From contig JBFWNU010000003.1 of the NCBI GenBank assembly GCA_050250895.1, positions 96,001 through 160,000 on the forward strand: a DNA stretch of 64,000 bases, written 5' to 3'. This DNA comes from Vulcanimicrobiota bacterium. GTDB lineage: Bacteria > Vulcanimicrobiota > Xenobia > Xenobiales > JADMJV01. The position numbers and the translations under genes were made by a program. Each line of letters opens with the position of its first letter. Position 1 is the first letter of the stretch. Below are positions 9,931 through 19,176 of the stretch, one piece after another. The notes below the pieces were generated by a model. That model ran no database searches, had not been told where the DNA came from, and was given only the letters and a program-made list of their open reading frames with translations.

Positions 9931-9949
9931 TTCAGTCCGACTCTCGCAA

Positions 9950-9977
9950 AAACGGGGCGCCTGCAGGCGCTCCGTTT
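9950..9977 (+). terminator. Intrinsic terminator hairpin
   Basis: aaacggggcgcc-tgca-ggcgctccgttt. Confidence 0.65.
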
Positions 9978-10047
9978 GCTTTCTGATGGTTAGTCTGTTG
10001 CGGCCCGGGGTAGAACATCTCGACACGAGATTTTTACGGAGGTTCCT

Positions 10048-10851
10048 ATGGCTACCAAAGCTGCCAAGCAAGAGCTGGTGCTCTATCGGGTTGAAGACGG
10101 GGTCGCGATTTTCGAACTCAACGATCCCCCCGCCAACACCTACACCTACGAGATGATGCGCCAGCTCGACGAGTGCATCCTCAAAGCCCGCATGGACGAC
10201 AACGTCCACGTCATCGTGGTCACCGGCCACGGCGACAAGTTCTTTTCGGCCGGCGCCAACATCAACATGCTGGCTGAGGTCACCCCGGGCTTCAAATACT
10301 ACTTCTGTCTGCACGCCAACGAGACGCTGTGCCGCCTCGAGCAGACCCCCAAGCTGGTGATCGGCGCCCTCAACGGCCACTGCGTCGGCGGCGGCCTCGA
10401 GATCGCCATGGCCTGCGACATTCGCGTGGGCGCCAAGGGCAAAGGCAAAGTCGGCCTGCCCGAGGTCAACCTGGGCGTTCTGCCGGGCACCGGCGGCACC
10501 CAGCGCTTCTCGCGCATGGTCGGCAAGACCAAAGCCATCGAACTGATGGCCACTGGCGAGACCTTCTCGATGGAGAAGGCCATGGAACTTGGCCTGGTCA
10601 ACCAGCTCTTCGAAGCAGACGACTTCATGGGCCAGGTGATGACCTACGCTCGCCAGTTCTTGCCCCCGAGCAAGGCTTCGATGGCCGTTGGCCGCATCAA
10701 GCGTTCGGTCCAAACGGGCATGGAGATGTCCTTCCTCGACGGCCTGGCCCTCGAGCGCGAGTTGCAGCAGCAGCTGTTCTGCTCGATGGACGCCAAGGAA
10801 GGCATCAACGCCTACGCCGAAAAGCGCTCGGCCAGCTTCAGCGGCAAGTAA
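10048..10851 (+). CDS. Enoyl-CoA hydratase/isomerase family protein
   Basis: FSAGANI, NGHCVGGGLEIAMACD and LPEVNLGVLPGTGGTQR crotonase motifs; GGAGG RBS. Confidence 0.95.
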   Translation: MATKAAKQELVLYRVEDGVAIFELNDPPANTYTYEMMRQLDECILKARMDDNVHVIVVTGHGDKFFSAGANINMLAEVTPGFKYYFCLHANETLCRLEQTPKLVIGALNGHCVGGGLEIAMACDIRVGAKGKGKVGLPEVNLGVLPGTGGTQRFSRMVGKTKAIELMATGETFSMEKAMELGLVNQLFEADDFMGQVMTYARQFLPPSKASMAVGRIKRSVQTGMEMSFLDGLALERELQQQLFCSMDAKEGINAYAEKRSASFSGK

Positions 10852-10868
10852 GCGCGCTCTTCTAGAAC

Positions 10869-10900
10869 GAAAACGGGAGCCCGTGCAGGCTCCCGTTTTC
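10869..10900 (+). terminator. Intrinsic terminator (symmetric)
   Basis: gaaaacgggagcc-cgtgca-ggctcccgttttc. Confidence 0.8.
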
Positions 10901-10914
10901 ATTGGCCCGGCGGG

Positions 10915-11200
10915 CTGGGCGGAGTACGGCACGTGGTAGCGCCGAATTCGGCACCTGGTGGTGCCGTACCCGGGGCTTGGCGGGTTAGGGCGGAGTACGG
11001 CACGTGGTAGCGCCGAATCCGGCACCTGGTGGCGCCGTACTCGGGGCTTGGCGGGTTGGCGCGGAGTACGGCACGTGGTAGCGCCGAATTCGGTACCTGG
11101 TGGTGCCGTACCCGGGGCTTGGCGGGCCGGGGCGGAGTACGGCACGTGGTAGCGCCGAATTCGGCACCTGGTGGTGCCGTACCCGGGGCTTGGCGGGCCG
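10915..11200. repeat. Four tandem 71-bp palindromic units (REP/BIME-like)
   Basis: ggagtacggcac recurs at 10921, 10992, 11063 and 11134; outer gtacggcac/gtgccgtac inverted repeat and inner gccgaattcggc palindrome. Confidence 0.92.
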
Positions 11201-11301
11201 TCAGGGCCGGCCGTCGAGTGGTTCGCCTTTCCTGGGCAATCGAGGGGCGAGGCATATCGTGCTCCGTTAGTCCGGGCGAGGAAGTCGGGAAACCTCGGTA
11301 G

Positions 11302-11332
11302 AAAAAGAAAAAGCCCCGGCTTTCGCCGGGGC
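11302..11332 (-). terminator. Minus-strand intrinsic terminator
   Basis: gccccggc-gaaa-gccggggc followed by tttttcttttt on the minus strand. Confidence 0.75.
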
Positions 11333-11429
11333 GTTAGGTCCAACCAATGCTCATCTCACTGAGGAAACTTTACCGCCCCGCCGTCACAAGAGCGTTAAAT
11401 GGAAGTGGCGGGCTACCACCGAAGCTTGG

Positions 11430-11885
11430 GTGATGAGCGGGCCGCCAAGCTTCGCCTCGGAGTTTAAGCGGGGCCTGAATGCCTTCAATCTCACGGTGGG
11501 CGGCGTCACCTCGGTGGCGGTGGCGCTGGGGCTCTACCTGGCCGCACCTGATCTGCTCGGCCTGGGTCAGGCTGGCCAGGCGACCGTGGGAGGTCTGCTG
11601 ACCATGCTGCTGACCACCGGCCTACACACAGCCGGGCACGCCTACTTCGGCTGGCGTTTCGAGCGGGGCATCGCAGCCCATCAGCGCGGAGACCATCGGG
11701 CGGCGGTGGGCTTGCTGGCGGTGGTCGAGAAACACGAGATGGATCACTTCGACCCCGAAGGCTACGCTCTTAGGGCTTTGCAATCGAGCCGAGTCGCCTT
11801 AGAGGAGCAACCGGCCCAACAGGGCGCCGGCCAGGACAAGCCAGGCCGAGTTGACCTCGAAACGGAGGCCAACCAGCGCCACTAG
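11430..11885 (+). CDS. Hypothetical small membrane protein
   Basis: Two hydrophobic segments and a helical tail; overlaps the chrA 3' end by 87 bp, so uncertain. Confidence 0.4.
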   Translation: MMSGPPSFASEFKRGLNAFNLTVGGVTSVAVALGLYLAAPDLLGLGQAGQATVGGLLTMLLTTGLHTAGHAYFGWRFERGIAAHQRGDHRAAVGLLAVVEKHEMDHFDPEGYALRALQSSRVALEEQPAQQGAGQDKPGRVDLETEANQRH

Positions 11886-12896
11886 CAAGATAATCCAGGC
11901 TGGGCCGGTGACGAGGGTCGAGAGGGAGAGCTGAACAACGACCGTTGCCATCAGAGCTAGAGCCGAGACGTTGACTCCGTCGAGGAAGGCCGAAAGCCAG
12001 ACCGATTTGCGCATTCGCGGAATAAGCGGATTGAGCAGCCAGACGAAGAGGAATGAAGGCAAGAAGATGCCGACGGTGGCGCTGAGCGCGCCGCTCGGGC
12101 CGTTAACGAGGAAGCCGATGAAGGTGGCGGTGGACAAGACCGGTCCCGGGGTAAACTGGCCGATGGCGATGGCGTCGAGCAGTTGGGCTTGGGTCAGCCA
12201 GCCCAGTTGTTGCACGAGCCCCTCTTCCAGGAAAGCCACCAGCACATAGCCGCTGCCATAGAGAATGGAGCCGATCTTGAGAAAGAACAGAAACAGGCTG
12301 GGGTTGCTGACCTGGGTGGCGGCTTTGGCGACCCGAGTGCTCAAGAGCAAGAGGGCGGCCGTCAGGTTTGAGGGAGCCCTTTTGCGCAACCACAGCATGG
12401 CCAAAAGCCCGCCCGCTAGCAGAGCCGGGATTTGCGGGCAACCGGCCAGGACCGCGGTGAAGACCAGGGCCGCCACCAGGCCCAATTGGCGGGTCTTCAC
12501 GGCTTTGCCGCCCAGCTTGTAGAGCGCTCCCGCGATGATGGCGATGACTGCCGGCTTGATGCCGGCGAAGAAAGGCGCCACCTGGGGCAGGCTTCCATAG
12601 GTGACATAGAACCAGGCCAACATCCCCGTGAGCGTGACCGCCGGGCCGATAAAGCAGGCGCCGGCTACCAGCAGGCCGCGCCAACCGGCCCGCTCGTAAC
12701 CGAGATGCATGGTCATCTCGGTAGAGTTGGGGCCGGGGATGAGGTTGGTGGCTCCGACCAGATCCAGGAAGTGTTCGGGCGTGACCCACTTGCGACGAGT
12801 CACGAACTCGTCTTCCATCATGGCGATGTGGGCGGCGGGGCCGCCGAAGGCGAACAGGCCGAGCTTGAGAAAGGCGAGCGCGACCTCGGCGAGCAC
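11799..12896 (-). CDS. chrA: Chromate efflux transporter (CHR family, long chain)
   Basis: FLKLGLFAFGGPAAHIAMM, IPGPNSTE, YGSGYVL and GQFTPGP motifs. Confidence 0.93.
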   Translation of the reverse strand: MLAEVALAFLKLGLFAFGGPAAHIAMMEDEFVTRRKWVTPEHFLDLVGATNLIPGPNSTEMTMHLGYERAGWRGLLVAGACFIGPAVTLTGMLAWFYVTYGSLPQVAPFFAGIKPAVIAIIAGALYKLGGKAVKTRQLGLVAALVFTAVLAGCPQIPALLAGGLLAMLWLRKRAPSNLTAALLLLSTRVAKAATQVSNPSLFLFFLKIGSILYGSGYVLVAFLEEGLVQQLGWLTQAQLLDAIAIGQFTPGPVLSTATFIGFLVNGPSGALSATVGIFLPSFLFVWLLNPLIPRMRKSVWLSAFLDGVNVSALALMATVVVQLSLSTLVTGPAWIILLVALVGLRFEVNSAWLVLAGALLGRLLL

Positions 12897-13639
12897 TAGT
12901 GGTGATCGATGTTGTCGAGGCGCTGCTGAAGGCTGGGGTGGGTGCTGCCGCCACCGGGGTGGTCACCGGTGATACGGGTCAGGGCGTCTTTGGCGATCTG
13001 GCGGGGCAGCCCGAGGCTCTCGAGCATGTCGACTCCGACCCCATCCGCTTCCATCTCGAGTCGATGCGAAAGTTCGCGCTCCTCGGCGTCGCTGCCGCTG
13101 AAGGCTCGCTTCTGGGCGCTGTGGTGGTTGGCCACATGGCCAGCCTCGTGACCGGCCACGAAGATCATCTCGTTCTGGTCGAGCTTTTCCATCAGGCCGC
13201 GAGTGAAATAGAGTTTGCCGTTGGGGCAGGCGAAGGCGTTGGTGACGCTCGAGTCGAGCACTTTGTAACGAAGGTCGAGTTCGGAGTCAAAGTGGGGGCG
13301 CACCGTGTCGAGGGCCTGATCGGCTCGGCTGGCGAAGGCAGGGTCGCTGGGACTGGCCAGCGTGCCCGACGAGATGAAGGCGGCCGCGTCGCAGGCCAGG
13401 CTGGTGCCGGCTCCCGAGTGGTTGAGCCAGGCGATGCCTCCGACGGCTCCGGCCACAGCCGCGCCCAGCAACAGGTAGCGGCCGATGCCGCTCTTCTTGG
13501 GTTCGGGCGCGGGAGCATCCCAGTTCTGGCTCAGGGTCAGCTGGTCGGTGGGCAGCGACCGGGAAGCTGGAGGGGCCGCGCTGGCGGTGGGAGGCGCCGA
13601 GCGGGCGAGGAGTGAGGCTGAGTGCGTCGTGATCTTCAT
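12896..13639 (-). CDS. M48 family metallopeptidase with Pro/Ala/Ser-rich leader and TM segment
   Basis: NAFACPNG, GHEAGH, EMEAD and STHP motifs; AGGAG RBS. Confidence 0.88.
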   Translation of the reverse strand: MKITTHSASLLARSAPPTASAAPPASRSLPTDQLTLSQNWDAPAPEPKKSGIGRYLLLGAAVAGAVGGIAWLNHSGAGTSLACDAAAFISSGTLASPSDPAFASRADQALDTVRPHFDSELDLRYKVLDSSVTNAFACPNGKLYFTRGLMEKLDQNEMIFVAGHEAGHVANHHSAQKRAFSGSDAEERELSHRLEMEADGVGVDMLESLGLPRQIAKDALTRITGDHPGGGSTHPSLQQRLDNIDHH

Positions 13640-13740
13640 CTATCTTGCTCCTATGTCTATGTGAGTCGAGCAAAGGCAAGATAACACCACCGCCGCCAGA
13701 TTTGGTAACGGAAGTGTTACCGTTCGGTTTTTAAGGCTAG

Positions 13741-13762
13741 CTTCAGGCCGCTTCTCTAGTCT
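13741..13762 (+). promoter_or_regulatory. CTTCAG-N10-TAGTCT element
   Basis: Variant of the recurrent motif, followed by a leader with an AGGAGG RBS. Confidence 0.55.
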
Positions 13763-13794
13763 TTGCTTGATAGAAGACATAGGAGGAACGACCG

Positions 13795-15054
13795 ATGCAA
13801 ATCGCTCAGGTCAAGACCGGCTTCCCGCCGCTTCGGAGGGCAGCCACCTCCGACCAACCCTCACTCACCATCGAACAGGCTACCGACGTCTTGCTGGGTG
13901 GCGCATACAGAAATGCCGCCCAGCAAGCGCTCTCTCAAATCAGCCGGGCCCAACTGCCCCATGTGCCTAAAGAAGGCGAACGGCTGTGGACCCTGGCCGA
14001 TGGGCGGACCCTCGCCCTGCGCACCGACTTTCGCACCGTCACCGCCACGGATCTCGAGACGGGTAAGGAGCTCTGGGCTCACCATGAGTTTCCTGAAAGC
14101 CTGGGCGGGCTCCGGCCCTTGCGCCCCGACCGCGGTGGCAAGACCCTCGCTTTGACGGACGCTCACCACGGCGTGGCCTTGATCGACGGCGCCACCGGTC
14201 GGGTCAAGAGCCGCATCGAACCGCCCTTGAAAGGCTTCATCACGGCCTCTGAGTTCACCAAAGAGGGGCTGCTGCTGGTGGGCGTGCAACCCAGTCTGCC
14301 CAGTGGCTCAAAGCCGCTGACGCGAATCTTTGCCTACCCGGAAGGCGCCAGCGAGCCGGCCTGGTCGCTCGACCTCGAGCGCAGCGGCATCAACAACGCC
14401 GTCCCCTCTCCCGACGGAAAGAGGCTCTACTTCTCGGCTCACAACGAGTTCAAGATGCACGCTCTGGACCTTGAGAAGGGCGAGATCGTGTGGTCCAAGC
14501 CGCTGGCTCACCACTCGGATCCGGCCGTGGCCCGCGACGGCTCGGTGATTCTCGAGGGCGTGGCCTATGACCCCGAGACGCACCAGCCGCGCTGGAAGGT
14601 CGAAGGCGAGTTTGCTTCCACCCCCATCGAGGATGCTCAGGGTCAGCTCTATTTTGGGGTTGGCGGTCAATTGCAGTGCCGTCGTGAGGATGGCGCTGTG
14701 CTGTGGTCTACCCACGCTTCGGGCAAGAAGTGGAGATTTCCGCCGGTGATCAAGGATGACGCGGTTTTCGCCATGTCGGCCTCTGACCAGGGCACTCAGT
14801 TGCACGTGCTCAATCGCCTGACGGGGGAAGAACTGGCGGTTTCCGAGCCGCTCGGTGATGTGAGCCGGGGCTTCTTCCAGGCCGGCGACCGCGTCTATCT
14901 CGGACTCAAGCAGGGTTATGCCAGCATGGACCTTCCCACCTACACGCTGGCCGCCCTGGCCAGTCAGGCCGCCGAAAAGAACCGGCCGGCCGAGATTGTG
15001 ATCGGCGAAGACAAGCTGTCGGTGGGCGGCTTCGAACTCGACATCCTCGACTAG
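13795..15054 (+). CDS. PQQ-like beta-propeller protein with the shared C-terminal motif
   Basis: Repeated ALDxxxGxxxW blades; no signal peptide; ends IVIGEDKLSVGGFELDILD. Confidence 0.85.
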   Translation: MQIAQVKTGFPPLRRAATSDQPSLTIEQATDVLLGGAYRNAAQQALSQISRAQLPHVPKEGERLWTLADGRTLALRTDFRTVTATDLETGKELWAHHEFPESLGGLRPLRPDRGGKTLALTDAHHGVALIDGATGRVKSRIEPPLKGFITASEFTKEGLLLVGVQPSLPSGSKPLTRIFAYPEGASEPAWSLDLERSGINNAVPSPDGKRLYFSAHNEFKMHALDLEKGEIVWSKPLAHHSDPAVARDGSVILEGVAYDPETHQPRWKVEGEFASTPIEDAQGQLYFGVGGQLQCRREDGAVLWSTHASGKKWRFPPVIKDDAVFAMSASDQGTQLHVLNRLTGEELAVSEPLGDVSRGFFQAGDRVYLGLKQGYASMDLPTYTLAALASQAAEKNRPAEIVIGEDKLSVGGFELDILD

Positions 15055-15057
15055 GGC

Positions 15058-15930
15058 CTAAGGCTTCGGCAGCATCTTCTCGCAAAAGCCGCACATCTGG
15101 GCTTGAGGCGGGACCGAGCGCTTGCAATCGGGACAGGTGCGCCCCTCGACCACGCGCAGATGGGTGGCCCGTCGCTTCTTACGAGGCTTTGGTGGCACGA
15201 TTCGGCTGGACTGGCCGTGGAAGAGCGGATGAGCGTCGAGCGCTCCGCTTTGCTGCAGCTGGTGCAGTCGGTAGGCTTCATAGAAGAGCAACAGTCCGAT
15301 CAAAAGCGTTCCCCCCAGCACCATCATCACCAGTCCGGCCAGACAGGAGAAGCCGATGGTGAACCGGGCCGTCTTGTCACGATGGAAGCCCAACAAGAGC
15401 AAAGTGCAGACCAGGATTTTGCCCCCGTCCATCGGGTAGGCCGGCACGAACACGTTGAAGAGGAAGAGCTGAATCTGGATTTTGGCGATGCCGATCAGGG
15501 CCCAGGGCCAGAATTCGGACGGCATGCCGGTCCAGAACGGGGAAAAGTATTGCCAGTCGAAGGGCGCCCCGAGAGCCACCGCTCCGCCGATACAGGCCAA
15601 CGTGATGGGAATGTGCACGGCCGGGCCGGCGGCCGAGATTTTTATCTGGTCGCGCAGGTCGCCGCGGTGGCGAACATAGGCCAGCCCTCCCAGAGGCCAC
15701 AGTAGAATCCGGTCGGCGTGCCCTCCCAGCGCCCGAGTCATGAAGGCGTGGCCGAACTCGTGGAGCAAAACCGATAGGAACAAGGCGCCAGCAAAGATCG
15801 CGCTCAGCTCAAAGTGAGCGGGCTCGCTGAACAGGTAGTAGGCTTCGACGATCAGGAGGGTCCAGTGGGCCCGAACCGGGATGCCGCGGAAGGTGAAAAG
15901 GTGGAAGCTCCACCCGAGCGCTTTGTCCAT
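15058..15930 (-). CDS. Site-2 protease (M50) with C-terminal zinc ribbon
   Basis: LLHEFGH, AGP and PAYPMDGG motifs; CPDC...CGFC. Confidence 0.9.
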   Translation of the reverse strand: MDKALGWSFHLFTFRGIPVRAHWTLLIVEAYYLFSEPAHFELSAIFAGALFLSVLLHEFGHAFMTRALGGHADRILLWPLGGLAYVRHRGDLRDQIKISAAGPAVHIPITLACIGGAVALGAPFDWQYFSPFWTGMPSEFWPWALIGIAKIQIQLFLFNVFVPAYPMDGGKILVCTLLLLGFHRDKTARFTIGFSCLAGLVMMVLGGTLLIGLLLFYEAYRLHQLQQSGALDAHPLFHGQSSRIVPPKPRKKRRATHLRVVEGRTCPDCKRSVPPQAQMCGFCEKMLPKP

Positions 15931-16075
15931 GGGCTCCAGTTTAAACCGACTGGACCCAATAGCGCAACGCTCTAACTCTCCTCAAACTATTCTCTAACGC
16001 CAGTGTGGCTTCGGACGTGTTAGTTTCGAGGGTGAATCGGGGTAAGCCCCATGAAACATTTCCAGGAGGTCGCTC

Positions 16076-18016
16076 ATGAGCGCGGTTGAAACTTTCGAAT
16101 TCCAGGCTGAGGCCAAACAGCTTCTCGATCTGATGATCCACTCGGTCTATTCCGAGAAGGACGTTTTTCTCAGAGAACTCATCTCGAACGCCTCGGATGC
16201 CCTCGACAAGCTGCGACTCGAGGCCCTGCTCAACAAAGACCTCGACATCGACACCTCCGACCTGCACATCTTCTTGTCGGTGGACCCCGAAAAGCGCACC
16301 CTGTCGATTTCCGACAACGGCATCGGTATGTCGCGGGAAGATGTGGTCGGCCTCATCGGCACCATCGCCAAGTCGGGCACCCGCGAGTTCTTGCACAACC
16401 TCAAAGCAGGCGACAAAAAGGATGTCACGGCCGAGCTGATCGGCCAGTTCGGAGTCGGTTTCTACTCGAGCTTTATGGTGGCCGACAAGGTCGAACTCGT
16501 GACCAGGAAGCCGGGCGCCGATGAGGCCATTCACTGGCTGTCCGAAGGGGACGGCACCTACACCATCGAGCCGGCCGAGCGCGACGCTCACGGCACCACC
16601 GTGACCCTCCACCTCAAGCCCGAAGATAGCGAAGACGGTCTGCACGACTACACCAAGACCTGGCAGCTGCGCCAGCTGGTCAAGCGCTACTCGGACTTCA
16701 TCAACTATCCCATCCGCATGGATGTGGAGCGCACCGAGAGCGAAAAAGACGCCGACGGTAAGCCCATCGAGGGTAAGACCAAAACGGTGGTCGAGACCGA
16801 GACTCTCAACTCGATGAAGGCCCTTTGGGCCCGCAACCAGGACGAGGTCGAACAGGAAGAATACAACCAGTTCTATCGCCACGTCTCGCGCGATTGGAAC
16901 GAGCCCTGGAAAACCATCCACCTCAAGGCCGAAGGCACCTTCGAATACCAGTCGCTACTGTTCTTGCCTACTAAGGCTCCGATGGACATGTTCATGCCCG
17001 ACGCGGACCGCGGCCTGCAGCTCTACGTCAAGCGGGTCTTCATCATGGACAACTGTGAAGAGCTGCTCTCGCCCCATCTGCGCTTCGTCAAAGGCGTGGT
17101 CGACGCGACCGACCTCTCGCTCAACGTCTCGCGCGAGATCCTGCAAAAAGACCGCCGCATCCAACAGATCAAAAAGCGCCTCGAGCGCAAATTACTCGAC
17201 ACTCTCAAGGAGAGCCTCGATGAGGACCGCGAGGGTTACGAGAAGTTCTGGAACGAGTTTGGCAAGGTGCTCAAAGAGGGCCTCTACCACGACCACCAGA
17301 ACCGCGACAAGCTGCTCGAGAGCTGCCTGTTCCGCTCGACCCACGGTGAGGGTTGGACTACTCTGGCCGACTACGTCAGCCGCATGAAAGAGGGCCAGGA
17401 GGCCATTTACTACCTGACCGGCGAGAATCGCGAGGCGGTCGAGAACTCGCCCCACCTCGAGATCTTCAAGTCGAAGGGCTACGAAGTGCTGATTCTCACC
17501 GACTCGGTCGACGAGATCTGGCTGGGCGTGACCCACGAATTCGAAGACAAGAAGCTGCAGTCGGCCGCCCGCGGCGACCTTAACCTGGGTAGCGAGGACG
17601 AGCAGAAAGCCGCCAAAGAAGAGCGCGAGAAGAAGCAGAAAGAGCTGGCCACCTTTATTTCGTGGATGCAGACCAAGCTCGAGGACCAGGTCAAGGAAGT
17701 TCGTCTGACCGACCGTCTGGTCGACTCTCCGGCTTGCCTGGTGGGCGACACTCACGATATGTCGGCTAACCTCGAACGCCTGATGAAGGCGATGGGCCAG
17801 GAGGTTCCCAAGACCAAGCGTATCCTCGAGCTCAACCCCAAGCATCCGCTGGTCGAGAAACTGCACACCGGCTATGAGGACAAGAAAGACCAACCCGAGC
17901 TAGCCCGGGCCGCTCAGCTCGTCTACTCGCTGGCCGTGCTGGCCGAAGGCGGCGAGCTCGACGAGCCCGCCAACTTCAGCAAGCAGGTGGCCGAGTTGCT
18001 GGCTTCGACCCTCTGA
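16076..18016 (+). CDS. htpG: Molecular chaperone HtpG (Hsp90)
   Basis: FLRELISNASDA, DNGIGM, IGQFGVGFYS and LNVSREILQ motifs; AGGAGG RBS. Confidence 0.98.
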   Translation: MSAVETFEFQAEAKQLLDLMIHSVYSEKDVFLRELISNASDALDKLRLEALLNKDLDIDTSDLHIFLSVDPEKRTLSISDNGIGMSREDVVGLIGTIAKSGTREFLHNLKAGDKKDVTAELIGQFGVGFYSSFMVADKVELVTRKPGADEAIHWLSEGDGTYTIEPAERDAHGTTVTLHLKPEDSEDGLHDYTKTWQLRQLVKRYSDFINYPIRMDVERTESEKDADGKPIEGKTKTVVETETLNSMKALWARNQDEVEQEEYNQFYRHVSRDWNEPWKTIHLKAEGTFEYQSLLFLPTKAPMDMFMPDADRGLQLYVKRVFIMDNCEELLSPHLRFVKGVVDATDLSLNVSREILQKDRRIQQIKKRLERKLLDTLKESLDEDREGYEKFWNEFGKVLKEGLYHDHQNRDKLLESCLFRSTHGEGWTTLADYVSRMKEGQEAIYYLTGENREAVENSPHLEIFKSKGYEVLILTDSVDEIWLGVTHEFEDKKLQSAARGDLNLGSEDEQKAAKEEREKKQKELATFISWMQTKLEDQVKEVRLTDRLVDSPACLVGDTHDMSANLERLMKAMGQEVPKTKRILELNPKHPLVEKLHTGYEDKKDQPELARAAQLVYSLAVLAEGGELDEPANFSKQVAELLASTL

Positions 18017-18610
18017 GAGTCGGAAAAACCGCGGAGGGCCGCGAAGGGCGCGGAGGATCGAGCCATACCGTGATAGAGCAACCTCGCTCCAGCCGTGGTG
18101 CCTATTTAATAGCTGAGGGACGCGGTCGGTGATTCCCATCAGGATCTCGCGACCGCTGAAGAGGCCTTGACGCTGGGGCCGGGCAGGCTGGTATTGGGAG
18201 CCATCCCAACTCCAGACCCAGAAGCCTGGCTCTGGCTTCTCGCCGCGCAGGTTGAAAGCATGATAGGTGAGCAACTGGCGGGGAAAGGTGGCGCCGGTCG
18301 AGAGCCATAACCGGGGCTTGGTGCACTCGTCGCAGTTGCCGCTAAGCGCGAGTGCGCGCTGCTTGCGGTCGCCGCGACGATAAACGGTGAGGTCGCAGTA
18401 ACGATGATTGCCACCGCCGCACCCGAGCACGATCAGGTCCAGTTGGTCGGGCTCGACGAGGGCGCACCGGATTTCTCGCTCGGCCCACTGCCAGCTCTTG
18501 CGCGCTTGTAGTTCGCCAAGCTCGCGCAGCGGGCGCCAGCCGGGGCCGGGTACCGACATCGCCAGAGCCAGCGGTAGCGGTAGTAAAACGAGCAGCCATC
18601 TCTCCTTCAC
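17900..18610 (-). CDS. Hypothetical exported protein
   Basis: GTG 18610 preceded by TACTCT-N6; hydrophobic N-terminus. The 3' end overlaps htpG by 117 bp and is doubtful. Confidence 0.4.
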   Translation of the reverse strand: MKERWLLVLLPLPLALAMSVPGPGWRPLRELGELQARKSWQWAEREIRCALVEPDQLDLIVLGCGGGNHRYCDLTVYRRGDRKQRALALSGNCDECTKPRLWLSTGATFPRQLLTYHAFNLRGEKPEPGFWVWSWDGSQYQPARPQRQGLFSGREILMGITDRVPQLLNRHHGWSEVALSRYGSILRALRGPPRFFRLSEGRSQQLGHLLAEVGGLVELAAFGQHGQRVDELSGPG

Positions 18611-19176
18611 TCGGTCAGAGTAGCAGGGCAATGTGTCACAGTCGTGTCGAGGCGGGGACCGCCAGGACGCTCACCCCACGCGACCCACAACCCTCTCCGT
18701 GCCCTCCCTATCTCCGCGGTTTATTTCTCAGGCGCCCCACTGGCGAGCCACAAGCACGCAAGCACGGAAGAGCAAACTCGCCCGAGTACGGCACCAACGG
18801 CCGGCGGCGTCTTGAACTACGGAAATACCAACGGTCCATCGACTTGCGCGAACCAGAGCCTGGCAAGATGCCAGGCACTAGTGTTTTCCTCACCCGGGCA
18901 CACCCGCCCGAGGGAGAGGCCAGGCTCCAGCCAAGCGGGCTCACCCCATGAATTCGCCAGGACTCCCACCTTTCAGTTCCTCCCGTCCTCTCCACGACCT
19001 CCGTGGTCCTCCTTTGGATCTCCGCGTTAAACCCTAGCAAGCGCCCACCTCCGCGTCTGAAGTTAGCAAACTCGCAACATGCAAGCTCAGCAAACGAGCT
19101 AAGCTCGGCTCAGGAGGCCCGCAATGTCTAGTTCAGGCTATGGGGTCGGCCGAGCCATCCACGCCCAGGGGGAGTC

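Noticed and set aside
10915-11200. 71-bp array as a CRISPR array
   Set aside because: The units are near-identical along their length with only about 6 variable bp, so there are no unique spacers, and no cas genes are nearby.
9544-11343. 599-aa minus-strand ORF and other ORFs through the repeat array
   Set aside because: Antisense shadow of the enoyl-CoA hydratase plus translated DNA repeats; a 71-bp period is not a codon multiple.
19081-19176. Regulon promoter upstream of 19177
   Set aside because: The best candidate, GCTCAG-N9-TAAGCT, has the wrong spacing and a mismatch; not counted.
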